Source: Armatimonadota bacterium
Lineage (GTDB): Bacteria > Armatimonadota > SYMT01
DNA length: 34,973 nt
Direction of reading: 5' to 3'
Assembly (NCBI GenBank): GCA_046292385.1
Contig: JBKBRF010000063.1
Location: 1 to 34,973, forward strand
Both the position numbers and the translations under genes were made by a program. Positions 9,561 to 18,025 of the stretch are shown here, one piece after another. Position 1 is the first letter of the stretch; each line of letters begins with the position of its first letter. A model generated the notes under the pieces. That model ran no database searches and was not told the origin of the DNA. It saw only the letters and a list, made by a program, of their open reading frames with translations.

Positions 9561-9611
9561 CCTTTCTCATCCCCATATCCCCAACTCATCCCCTTATCTC
9601 CTTTTCTTACA
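9561..9611 (-). repeat. GTAAG-initiated short-repeat element, copy B
   Basis: Minus strand TGTAAGAAAAGGAGATAAGGGGATGAGTTGGGGATATGGGGATGAG; same TGTAAGAAAAGG start as copy C. Confidence 0.7.
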
Positions 9612-9638
9612 CTCCGCCCGGGCCACCGGGAGCGGAAC

Positions 9639-9669
9639 TTGACCCGCGCCCGCCCTGTTGTGCTATAAA
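9639..9669 (+). promoter_or_regulatory. Putative his operon promoter (extended -10)
   Basis: TTGACC at 9639 and TG-C-TATAAA at 9661-9669. The 19-nt spacer is long, but the extended -10 TG is present. Predicted +1 is near ATG 9676. Confidence 0.6.
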
Positions 9670-9675
9670 GTCGCG

Positions 9676-9756
9676 ATGCCAGCTCTGTTCCAGCACCACC
9701 ACGCGCATTCCGGCCGCCATCACCATGGCGGGCCGCGGCTCGCGTGCGCCGGCTGA
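9676..9756 (+). CDS. Putative his operon leader peptide MPALFQHHHAHSGRHHHGGPRLACAG
   Basis: Translated by hand: 26 codons, 7 of them His, in two clusters. Lies between the promoter and a terminator directly upstream of hisH. Confidence 0.8.
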   Translation: MPALFQHHHAHSGRHHHGGPRLACAG

Positions 9757-9784
9757 CGAAGCGTTCTGGCTGCACTCGAATTCC

Positions 9785-9823
9785 ACGCCGCGGCGCCTTC
9801 CTGGCAGCCGCGGCGTTTTGTTG
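9785..9823 (+). terminator. Intrinsic terminator (attenuator) upstream of hisH
   Basis: ACGCCGCGGC-GCC-TTCCT-GGC-A-GCCGCGGCGT stem-loop followed by TTTGTTG, ending about 22 nt before the hisH ATG. Confidence 0.75.
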
Positions 9824-9845
9824 TGCGAGAGCTCTGGGGACCGCG

Positions 9846-10472
9846 ATGATCGCGATCGTAGATTACGGGATGGGGAACCTGCGCAGCGTGGAGAAGGCGC
9901 TGCTCAAGCTGGGGCACCCGGCCGTCATCAGCTCGGATCCGGACGAGCTGCTGCGGGCGGACCGGTTGATCCTGCCCGGGGTGGGAGCGTTCGGCGCCGC
10001 GATGGCGAACCTGACCCGCGCGGAGGCGGACGGCGCCAGCCTGGACGAGGCGGTGCGGCAGTTCGTCCGCAGCGGGCGCCCGTTCTTCGGGATCTGCCTC
10101 GGGATGCAGCTCCTGCTCACGGAGAGTGAAGAGCTGGGGCAGCACCGCGGGCTGGATCTCCTTCCCGGCCAGGTGGTCCGCTTCGACTTCGCAGACGATC
10201 CCACGCTCAAGATCCCGCACATGGGCTGGAACGCGCTCCACTTCCCGCGGCCGACCCCGCTCTTCGCGGGGCTGGAAGAGGGGACGCAGGTCTACTTCGT
10301 CCACGGCTTCCACTGCGTGCCGGACGAGCCGGAGGTGACGGCGGCCACCTGCACCCACGGCATCCCGTTCTGCGCGGCGCTCGCGAAAGACAACGTCTTC
10401 GCGGCGCAGTTCCACCCGGAGAAGAGCGGCGCGGCCGGCCTCCGCATCCTGGACAACTTCGCCCGGCTTTGA
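9846..10472 (+). CDS. hisH: Imidazole glycerol phosphate synthase, glutamine amidotransferase subunit
   Basis: MIAIVDYGMGNLRSV, LPGVGAF, GICLGMQLL, PHMGWN and QFHPEKS motifs. Confidence 0.97.
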   Translation: MIAIVDYGMGNLRSVEKALLKLGHPAVISSDPDELLRADRLILPGVGAFGAAMANLTRAEADGASLDEAVRQFVRSGRPFFGICLGMQLLLTESEELGQHRGLDLLPGQVVRFDFADDPTLKIPHMGWNALHFPRPTPLFAGLEEGTQVYFVHGFHCVPDEPEVTAATCTHGIPFCAALAKDNVFAAQFHPEKSGAAGLRILDNFARL

Positions 10473-10480
10473 GACAGACT

Positions 10481-11215
10481 ATGGCATTCGAGATTATTCC
10501 TGCGATCGATATCCGCGGCGGCCGGTGCGTCCGCCTTTACCAGGGCGACTACGACCAGGAGACGGTCTTCGGCGAGGACCCGGTCGAGATGGCGCGCCGC
10601 TGGGAAGCCGAGGGCGCCGCGCGGCTGCACGTGGTCGATCTCGACGCCGCCCGCTCCGGCGAGCCGGTGAACCTGGAACTGGTGGGCCGCATCGCGCGGG
10701 CGCTGAGCATCCCGGTGCAGATGGGCGGCGGCGTCCGCAGCCGGGAGGCGGTGCTGCGGACGCTCGACGCGGGCGTGCAGCGCGCCATCGTCGGCACGGC
10801 GGCGGCCGCCGACCCGGAGACCGCCCGCGCGCTCTTCGGTGAGTTCGGGGAGCAGCTGGTGCTGGGGCTCGACGCGCGCGACGGGAAAGTGGCGGTGCAG
10901 GGGTGGCGGGAGACCAGCTCCTGGACCGCGGTCGACCTCGCTCGCGAGATGCAGGCGGCCGGGGCCCGGCGGCTGATCTTCACCGACATCGCCACCGACG
11001 GCACCGGGGTCGGCCCCAGCCTCGAAAGCACCCGGCGATTGGCGGAGGCGCTGGGAATTCCGGTGATCGCCTCCGGAGGGATTGGGACGACCAAGCACAT
11101 CCGCGCCGTGGCAGCGCTGGAGGCGGCCGGGGTTGAAGGCGTCATCGTCGGTAAGGCGCTCTACACCGGGTCGGTCCGGCTGCAGGACGCCCTTGCCGCG
11201 GCGGCGGGACGGTAG
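10481..11215 (+). CDS. hisA: ProFAR isomerase
   Basis: [40 protein letters not shown] and GKALY motifs. Confidence 0.96.
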   Translation: MAFEIIPAIDIRGGRCVRLYQGDYDQETVFGEDPVEMARRWEAEGAARLHVVDLDAARSGEPVNLELVGRIARALSIPVQMGGGVRSREAVLRTLDAGVQRAIVGTAAAADPETARALFGEFGEQLVLGLDARDGKVAVQGWRETSSWTAVDLAREMQAAGARRLIFTDIATDGTGVGPSLESTRRLAEALGIPVIASGGIGTTKHIRAVAALEAAGVEGVIVGKALYTGSVRLQDALAAAAGR

Positions 11216-11228
11216 AGGAGCAACGACC

Positions 11229-11987
11229 GTGGTTTCCCGGCGGATCATTCCGGCACTCGATATCAAAGAGGGGCGCGTGGTCAAGTGCGTGCGCTTCCTC
11301 AACCCGCGCGACGCGGGCGACCCGGTCGACCTGGCGCGCCTCTACGACGCGGAGGGCGCCGACGAGATCGTCTTCCTCGACATCACCGCCTCGCACGAGA
11401 AGCGAGGGCTGATGCTCGACGTCGCCCGGCGCGTGGCGGAGGAGGTCTTCATCCCGTTCACGGTAGGCGGCGGGATCAGCACCGTCGCCGACATGCGGGA
11501 GATCCTGAAGACCGGGGCGGACAAGATCTTCATCAACACCAGCGCGGTGAAGACGCCGGACCTGATCTCCGAGGGTGCGGATCAGTTCGGCTCGCAGTGC
11601 ATGGTGGTGGCGATCGACGCCAAGAGCCGGGAAGACGGCACCTACGAGGTCTACATCCACGGCGGCCGCACGCCCACCGGGATCGACGCGGTGAAGTGGG
11701 CGGAAGAGGTGGCGCGGCGCGGCGCGGGGGAGATCCTGCTCACCAGCATGGACGCGGACGGCACCCAGGCCGGCTACGACCTGGAGGTGACGCGCCGCAT
11801 CGCGGAGGCGGTCTCGATCCCGGTCATCGCCTCCGGCGGCGCCGGCACGCTGGCGCACATCCACGAGGCGGTCACCGAAGGGAAGGCCGAGGCAGCCCTG
11901 GTGGCGTCGCTGGTCCATTACAACATCCACACCATCCGGGAGATGAAGGAATACCTGCGGGAGCGGGACGTTCCGGTGCGGCTTTGA
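11229..11987 (+). CDS. hisF: Imidazole glycerol phosphate synthase, cyclase subunit
   Basis: [37 protein letters not shown] and [15 protein letters not shown] motifs; SD GAGGAG before GTG 11229. Confidence 0.97.
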   Translation: MVSRRIIPALDIKEGRVVKCVRFLNPRDAGDPVDLARLYDAEGADEIVFLDITASHEKRGLMLDVARRVAEEVFIPFTVGGGISTVADMREILKTGADKIFINTSAVKTPDLISEGADQFGSQCMVVAIDAKSREDGTYEVYIHGGRTPTGIDAVKWAEEVARRGAGEILLTSMDADGTQAGYDLEVTRRIAEAVSIPVIASGGAGTLAHIHEAVTEGKAEAALVASLVHYNIHTIREMKEYLRERDVPVRL

Positions 11988-12020
11988 GACGGTTTTCGGT
12001 TGGCGGGCGCTGCGGCGAGG

Positions 12021-12057
12021 CCTCACCCCCGGCCCCTCTCCTGAGAGGAGAGGGGAG
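12021..12057. repeat. CCTCACCCC-type intergenic palindrome (REP-like)
   Basis: CCTCACCCCCGG followed by a perfect 10-bp stem CCCCTCTCCT-GAG-AGGAGAGGGG. Confidence 0.7.
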
Positions 12058-12115
12058 CTATCGGTGGGAAGTAAGCCACTCCGGCCCCGCGCGAGAGACG
12101 AACGCGGAGTGAGAG

Positions 12116-12493
12116 ATGAGCTTTTCCGAGACGCTGAAGTACGATGCGAACGGGTTGATCCCCGCCGTGATCCAGGACGCGGAGAACGGCGAAGTCCTGA
12201 TGGTCGGCTACATGAACCGGGACGCGGTCGACCGCACCCTGGAGACGGGTCACGCCACCTTCTGGAGCCGCAGCCGGCAGAAGTTCTGGGTGAAGGGCGA
12301 GACCTCCGGCCACCTGCAGCACGTGGTGGAGGTGCGGACCGACTGCGACAAGGACTGCCTGCTGGTGCGCGTCAACCAGGTGGGGGTCGCCTGCCACGAC
12401 GGCTTCCGGAGCTGCTTCTACCGCGCCGTGAAGGCCGGGGAGCTGGAAGTGGTGGAAGAGCGGCAGGTCGACCCGGCGTCGGTCTACAAGTAG
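12116..12493 (+). CDS. hisI: Phosphoribosyl-AMP cyclohydrolase
   Basis: [31 protein letters not shown] and [10 protein letters not shown] motifs. Confidence 0.97.
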   Translation: MSFSETLKYDANGLIPAVIQDAENGEVLMVGYMNRDAVDRTLETGHATFWSRSRQKFWVKGETSGHLQHVVEVRTDCDKDCLLVRVNQVGVACHDGFRSCFYRAVKAGELEVVEERQVDPASVYK

Positions 12494-12555
12494 CCGCCCT
12501 CCGGGTGTTTCGGCCGGGCGCCTCACCGGGCAGCATGCCTCGTGGAGGTGCCCGA

Positions 12556-12828
12556 ATGGCCGGACATGAGAACCTGAACGTCCCGCACGCGCCGATGCCC
12601 CGCTACCTGGACGGGCTGCCGCTGCCGGCGACCACCGTGGACGCCCTTGCCTACGCGGAAGAGCGGGGCGCGCCGCCGGAAATGCTGGAGCTGATCGAGG
12701 CGCTGCCCGCCGCCGTCTTTACCAGCGAAGAGGGGATCCGCCACGCCTTCTCGACCCTGGATCCGGACCACCTGCCGCACCCGGACAGCGAGCACGTGCT
12801 GGTGGGGAAGGATGGGACCAGTAGTTAA
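12556..12828 (+). CDS. DUF2795-like small protein
   Basis: YLDGLPLPATTVDALAYAEERGAPPEMLELIEALP; SD GGAGGTG before ATG 12556. Confidence 0.72.
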   Translation: MAGHENLNVPHAPMPRYLDGLPLPATTVDALAYAEERGAPPEMLELIEALPAAVFTSEEGIRHAFSTLDPDHLPHPDSEHVLVGKDGTSS

Positions 12829-12850
12829 CTCCGCCGCAGAGCGCAGTTAA

Positions 12851-12937
12851 CAGGTTTGCGGGTTGCAGGTTCGCAAGTTTGAACACGCCTCTGCGGCGTA
12901 AGTCAACCTGCTAACTTGCCAACCTGCAACCTGCAAC
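12851..12937. repeat. Inverted arrays of 7-8-mer repeats (CAGGTTG / CAACCTG) between convergent genes
   Basis: caggtttg-cgggttg-caggttcg-caagtttg (12851-12881) faces caacctgc-taacttgc-caacctg-caacctg-caac (12904-12937). Confidence 0.75.
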
Positions 12938-12960
12938 AGAGTCCCACGCGCCTGCTCGTT

Positions 12961-13164
12961 CTAAATGTGGCGGACGTTCGTCTTCGGGGAGCTGGCGGCG
13001 GCGGTGGAAGTGCCGGTGTTGGTGGCGTAGAAGACCGAGATCCGCCGCTGCGTCTCCGCGCTCTCACAGGCGGGACACGGCGCGGGGTCGTCCATCTGGT
13101 CGATCTTGCGGCGCAGGGTGAAGTCCTTGCCACACTGGCTGCACCGGTAGTCGTAGAGCGGCAT
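12961..13164 (-). CDS. FmdB-family zinc-ribbon protein
   Basis: MPLYDYRCSQCGKDF...CPACES...RRIS signature; SD GGGAG. Confidence 0.9.
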   Translation of the reverse strand: MPLYDYRCSQCGKDFTLRRKIDQMDDPAPCPACESAETQRRISVFYATNTGTSTAAASSPKTNVRHI

Positions 13165-13304
13165 GAAAGTCTCCCGTTGCGATAGTCGGAACCGTTCAAA
13201 AACGGCCGATTTATGGTAGCGCGAAGCGGGGCAGGGTGTCAGGGTCGAGCCCTCGGCAGGGAGGAGCCGCATGCCGGGGGTCGGCAGCGGTTCGGATCGC
13301 CTCT

Positions 13305-13404
13305 GGAGAAAGAGAAGGAGAACGAGTAGGAGTAGGAGCTAAGTTCGGTCGGCTGCCCATCCCCCTCATCCCCGTTCCCCATCTCCCCATCCCCTTTTCT
13401 TACA
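13305..13404 (-). repeat. GTAAG-initiated short-repeat element, copy C
   Basis: Minus strand TGTAAGAAAAGGGGATGGGGAGATGGGGAACGGGGATGAGGGGGATGGGC...CTCCTACTCCTACTCGTTCTCCTTCTCTTTCTC; overlaps the esterase stop codon. Confidence 0.78.
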
Positions 13405-14266
13405 TTTCCTTCTTCAGGTGGCGTGCGAAGAAGGCCAGGATCTCCCGCTCGGCCCGCTGCCCTTCGCTGGACGTTGGCGACCAGCCGTGTCCGGCGCCTT
13501 CGAAGATGACGAGCGTGCTCTCCACGTCGTTCTTCCGGAGCTTCTCGTGCAGCAGGTGGGCCTGTTCTTCCGGTACGATCTGGTCGGCCGTGCCGTGGAA
13601 GATCAGGTGCGGGGCGGTGCGGCGGTCGAGCTTCTCGTAGGGAGAGGCGGCGCGGTAGTTGTCCCGCTTCTCTTCGGGCGGGCCGCCCAGGAAGTTGCGC
13701 AGCAGGTCCCGCACCAGCTCGGTCTTCCACATCCGCTCCAGCTCCGTGGGGCCGTAGTAGTTCACCACGGCGCGCACGCGGCTACTGTAGCGGGAGAGCT
13801 CCGGCACGCTGTTGTCCCGGGTGTCGCTGGCGCCGAGCATCGAGACGAGATGCCCGCCGGCGGAGTCGCCGAGCGCGCCGATCCGCTCCGGATCGATCCG
13901 GTACTCCTTCGCGTGGGCGCGGACCCAGCGGACCGCCCGCTGGACGTCGTCGACCGCCGCGGGGAACGGGTGCTTCGGCGCGAAGCGGTAGCCGACGCTG
14001 AACGCGACGTAGCCGTGGCTCGCCAGCAGGTTGCCGGTGTGCTGGTGCCCCCGCTTATTCCCGCCCGCCCAGCCGCCGCCGTGGACGATCATCACCGCCG
14101 GGTGCGGGCCTTCGCCCTCCGGCTGATAGACGTCGAGCAGCAGCCTCTCTCCGCCCGCCTCACCATACTGCACGTCGTTGTTCACCATCGGAGCGCCGTG
14201 GGCGGCGCACGCGGTGAGGAGCAGGGGAGCGGTAAAGAGGAGCGGGAGAAAGCTGCGCCGGTTCAT
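13400..14266 (-). CDS. Exported alpha/beta-hydrolase (HSL-like esterase/lipase)
   Basis: HGGGW oxyanion motif, GDSAG nucleophile motif, HGTADQIVP and GAGHG. N-terminus MNRRSFL...LLLTAC is Tat-like with a possible lipobox. SD GGAGG. Confidence 0.9.
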   Translation of the reverse strand: MNRRSFLPLLFTAPLLLTACAAHGAPMVNNDVQYGEAGGERLLLDVYQPEGEGPHPAVMIVHGGGWAGGNKRGHQHTGNLLASHGYVAFSVGYRFAPKHPFPAAVDDVQRAVRWVRAHAKEYRIDPERIGALGDSAGGHLVSMLGASDTRDNSVPELSRYSSRVRAVVNYYGPTELERMWKTELVRDLLRNFLGGPPEEKRDNYRAASPYEKLDRRTAPHLIFHGTADQIVPEEQAHLLHEKLRKNDVESTLVIFEGAGHGWSPTSSEGQRAEREILAFFARHLKKEM

Positions 14267-14291
14267 GCGGGACCTCCGGAAGGAAGGGGAA

Positions 14292-15083
14292 TTACGCTTC
14301 GGCGCGGGTGCGGGCGTCGCCGGGGAAATGGTCGCCGACACGGTAAGCCGGCTTCGGAATGTAGGTGTTCACGCCGGGCACCGTCTCGCCGCGGAAGAGG
14401 AAGGTCCGCCATTCCGGATTGGTGATCTCGGTGCTCGTCGGAATGTAGCGGATCGTGAGACCGCAGCGGCGCCGCGGGCTGTGGTTCGGATTGCTGCCGT
14501 GGACCAGCCACGGATGATGCAGGGAGATGCCGCCGCGGGGGATCTCCACGTCGACCGCCCGGCTCTCGTCGATCTGGTCCGCGCTGATCTCCGTGTGGAG
14601 AACTGCCTGCTTGTCGTGCTGCCGGTGCTCCAGCCGCGGCCCCCGGTGAGAGCCCGGGATCACCCGCATGCAGCCGTTCTCCACGTCGCTGTCGTCCACC
14701 GCCAGCCAGGCTGTCACCACCTCCATCGGCTCCAGCGGCCAGTAGGAGCCGTCCTGGTGCCAGAGCACCGGCAGCCCGTCGCCGCCCGGCTTGCAGATGT
14801 AGTGCGAGGCGAACAACGCGATGCTCGGGCCGATGACGACCTCCGCGAGGTCCAGGAGGCGGGAATCGGAGACGAGCCGGATCCAGAACGGGTCGTCGTA
14901 CATCAGGTGGTGGTGGAGGGCCTCCGGCCGCACGTCCGGGTGCTTCCGGCGCAGCCATTCCACATGCTCGCTTGCGAGCTCGATCAGCTCCGCGTCGAGG
15001 ACGTTGGGGAAGACCAGGTAACCGTCTTCCTCGTACCGGCGTCGCAGCGCGTCGCGGTCCAATTCTGCTGCCGTGGGGGGCAC
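14292..15083 (-). CDS. Phytanoyl-CoA dioxygenase (PhyH) family Fe(II)/2OG oxygenase
   Basis: YEEDGY, WHQDGSYW, ENGCMRVIPGSH and HGSNPNHS..RR motifs. Confidence 0.92.
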   Translation of the reverse strand: MPPTAAELDRDALRRRYEEDGYLVFPNVLDAELIELASEHVEWLRRKHPDVRPEALHHHLMYDDPFWIRLVSDSRLLDLAEVVIGPSIALFASHYICKPGGDGLPVLWHQDGSYWPLEPMEVVTAWLAVDDSDVENGCMRVIPGSHRGPRLEHRQHDKQAVLHTEISADQIDESRAVDVEIPRGGISLHHPWLVHGSNPNHSPRRRCGLTIRYIPTSTEITNPEWRTFLFRGETVPGVNTYIPKPAYRVGDHFPGDARTRAEA

Positions 15084-15286
15084 CGCTTTCTCCGATCTGG
15101 TTGACCTTCCGCAGAGGCGGGCAGGATGAATCTACGTTTGGTTTTGACCCGCCGCGCTCCCTGCCCCGTCTTGTATTTAGCTAGCATCTGGAGCCCGGAT
15201 GGTCCCGGTGAGAGGACCCGGGTCGGCCCGTCCCTAACAGAAAACGGGGAGACGTCACCGATCTCCGGAGTGGAGGAGTTGATCTC

Positions 15287-17368
15287 ATGGGTTCCGCATC
15301 CTACGCCGCCGCGCTCGTGCTCGCTGCCAGCCTGTTCGGCACCGTGGCGGGCGCCGCTCCGGACGGCGCGCCGCCGCACCTGGTCACCAGCTCGTCGGAG
15401 AGCGGGCAGCGCGATTACCAGAGCGGACTGCGAGACCTCCACGCGGGACGCCTCGACTCCGCGATCGCCCGGTTCACTTCGGTGGTGCAGCGGGACCCGG
15501 CCTGCGTCATGGCGCGCTGGGGCCTGAGCCGCGCGCTCGACCGGGCCGGGCCCTCCGGCGAAGCCCTGGCGATGGCGAACACGGCGGCCGGGATGACCGC
15601 GGGCCTGGACGACCGGGAGCAGCGCCTGATCAAGGGGTGGCAGCAGCTCCTCTCCGCGCGCTCCAAGCAGGGACCGGACCGAAACCGGGAGACGCAGAAC
15701 GCGCAGCGGGACCTCGACTACACCCTCGCCCTCTACCCGGACGACCCGGAGATCTGGCTGCTCCGCGCCGAAGCCGAGCCGAACGCCATCCGCGCGACTC
15801 CGTTCATCCTGACGGCGCTGAGAATCGACACCTCCCACCCGATCCGCGGCACCTGGAAGCTCCAGGTACCGCCCGCACCGGACGTGAAGCCGACCGCTCC
15901 GACGCAGCCGGTCGCCGAGCTGGCGCAGAGGCCGCGCCTCTTCGAAGGATTGGGGAAGCTCTCCCACCCGATCACCACGAAGCACCCCCTCGCGCAGCAG
16001 TACTACGAGCAGGGCCTGCGCTGCATGCACTCCTACGTGATGCCGGGCCACCTGAAGGAGGGCGCCGCCGCCTGCTTCCAGGCCGCCGCGAACCTCGATC
16101 CGACCTGCGCGATGGCCTACTGGGGGCTCAGCTTCTGCTCGACCGCTGCCATGAAGCAGGTCGACGCCGCCAACCGCGCGCTGGAGCTGGCGCTGCAGCA
16201 CGGCACCGATAAGGAGCGCCGCTATGCCGCCATCCGCGTCCTGGAGCTCTCCGGCAACGCGAAGAGGGAGGAGACGTTCGACGCCATCGCCGGCGCCATC
16301 GCCGCCTACCCGGACGACGTGGAGCTCTGGATCTGGCGGGGCAAGATCTACGGAGCCTACGGCAACGCCAGCGGCAACGTGAGCTACATGCCGTACCAGC
16401 TGGCGGCACTCAAGATCCAGCCGGACCATCCCTCGCCGAACCACGAGCTGGTCCACCTCTACGAGGCGATCGACCGCCCCGCGCTCGGGTGGCCCTATTC
16501 GGTCGGCTACCGGGAGTCGGCGCCGAACATGCCGCACGCCAATCACATGCAGGCGCACCTCGCCATGCGCATCGGGCGGTGGCAGGATGCGATCGACGCC
16601 ACGCGAATGTCGCGAAAGAGATCGCTAGAGGGCTATCCGGAGCTCGACCCGGGGCATCATATCGATATCCTGGTGCGCGCGCTGGCACACGAGGGGCGTT
16701 TCCGCGAGGCGGAGGCGGAGCCGCGCGCCTACCGGGGAGGGCTGCCGTGGGCCAGGCTGCTGCAGCTCAAGGGGATCACCTCCGAGCTGGAAGAATGGGC
16801 GGAGCAGCGAATCGGGCGAGACGCGCCGGACGGCTTCTACATCGGGGCGATCGTGCGGCTGGACCAGAATGATCTCCCCAATGCCGCCCAGCTCGTGGCG
16901 AAAGTGGAGGAGCAGTGGAAGAAGAACCAGGAGGCGTACCTCTACCGCTACCACGAGGTGAAGGGCCGCTACCTGGTGCAGAGCGGCGAGGTGGAAGAGG
17001 GATTGAAGCTGCTGCGAGAGGCGGGCGCCAAGGCGGTAAAGGACTCCGGGCTCCACGCGTGGGGCGGCGGCAGTTACGTGCTGGAGGCGTGGGGCACCGA
17101 GGCGCTGCGCGCCCACCGCTGGGACGAGGCGGAGGAGGCGTTCCACGAAGCGCTGGCCCACGAGCACGGCAGCATCCTGGGAGCGCTCGGGATGCAGGTG
17201 GTGTGGGAGCAGCGCGGCGACGCCGCAATGGCGCGGCACTACGCGACCCGCGCCGCACAGATCTGGAAGGACGCAGACCCGGGCAGCCTGGACCGGCAGC
17301 TCGAGCGGCTGCGCAAGACGGCGAGCAGCTCGGCGGTGGCCGCCGCTGCTCGCCGGGGAGGGAAGTAG
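15287..17368 (+). CDS. Secreted TPR-repeat protein
   Basis: Signal peptide; two DPxCxMAxWGLS repeats; AQQYYEQGL and PHANHMQAH; SD GGAGG. Confidence 0.82.
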   Translation: MGSASYAAALVLAASLFGTVAGAAPDGAPPHLVTSSSESGQRDYQSGLRDLHAGRLDSAIARFTSVVQRDPACVMARWGLSRALDRAGPSGEALAMANTAAGMTAGLDDREQRLIKGWQQLLSARSKQGPDRNRETQNAQRDLDYTLALYPDDPEIWLLRAEAEPNAIRATPFILTALRIDTSHPIRGTWKLQVPPAPDVKPTAPTQPVAELAQRPRLFEGLGKLSHPITTKHPLAQQYYEQGLRCMHSYVMPGHLKEGAAACFQAAANLDPTCAMAYWGLSFCSTAAMKQVDAANRALELALQHGTDKERRYAAIRVLELSGNAKREETFDAIAGAIAAYPDDVELWIWRGKIYGAYGNASGNVSYMPYQLAALKIQPDHPSPNHELVHLYEAIDRPALGWPYSVGYRESAPNMPHANHMQAHLAMRIGRWQDAIDATRMSRKRSLEGYPELDPGHHIDILVRALAHEGRFREAEAEPRAYRGGLPWARLLQLKGITSELEEWAEQRIGRDAPDGFYIGAIVRLDQNDLPNAAQLVAKVEEQWKKNQEAYLYRYHEVKGRYLVQSGEVEEGLKLLREAGAKAVKDSGLHAWGGGSYVLEAWGTEALRAHRWDEAEEAFHEALAHEHGSILGALGMQVVWEQRGDAAMARHYATRAAQIWKDADPGSLDRQLERLRKTASSSAVAAAARRGGK

Positions 17369-17372
17369 ACTG

Positions 17373-17954
17373 ATGCTGAGCCGGCGATCGATCCTCGCGC
17401 AGCTCCTCGCCCTGGCCGCCGCGGGCGGCGCCGCGGCTCAGGTGAAGTCCGGGCCGCAGGTGGGCGAGCGGCCGCTGCCGTTCACCAGTAACATCGTGAC
17501 CGGACCGGAGCGGGGCAAGCAGCACTGCTACGTCTGCGAGCTGAAAGACGAGCCGGCGGTGCTGGTCTTCGCGCGGAAGACCGACGAGCCGACCGCTCGT
17601 CTGATGCGCGACCTGCGGGACGCCGTGCAGAAGCACCGGGCGGAAAAGCTGTTCGGATGGTTCGTCTTCCTCGGCTCGCGGGAGTCCGCCTCGCAAACCG
17701 CCCTGGAGCAGGCAACCTACGGGTTCGCGCGCCAGCACGGCTCCACCAATCTCCCGATCTCCGTGCTGGGCGATCCGCAGGGCCCCCCGGGATACCTGAT
17801 CTCGCCGGAGGCAGACGTCACGGTGCTCTTCTTCCGCCGCGGCAGTGTGGTGGCGAACCGGTCGTTTACCGCGAAGGAGTGGACTCCCCGAGCGGCGGCG
17901 GCGGCCCTGCAGGACCTGCCGAAGCTGCTGGCCGCCGCCCCGGAGAAGAAGTAG
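17373..17954 (+). CDS. Tat-exported thioredoxin-fold-like protein
   Basis: SRRSIL twin-arginine signal; SGPQVGE...VTGP..GKQHCYVC (CxxC). Confidence 0.72.
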   Translation: MLSRRSILAQLLALAAAGGAAAQVKSGPQVGERPLPFTSNIVTGPERGKQHCYVCELKDEPAVLVFARKTDEPTARLMRDLRDAVQKHRAEKLFGWFVFLGSRESASQTALEQATYGFARQHGSTNLPISVLGDPQGPPGYLISPEADVTVLFFRRGSVVANRSFTAKEWTPRAAAAALQDLPKLLAAAPEKK

Positions 17955-18025
17955 GCGCCCGCGACCGACTTATTCCTATTGGCAGCCGTCCCCGGGCGGC
18001 GCACAGCTAGCGCCCTATTACTTCC

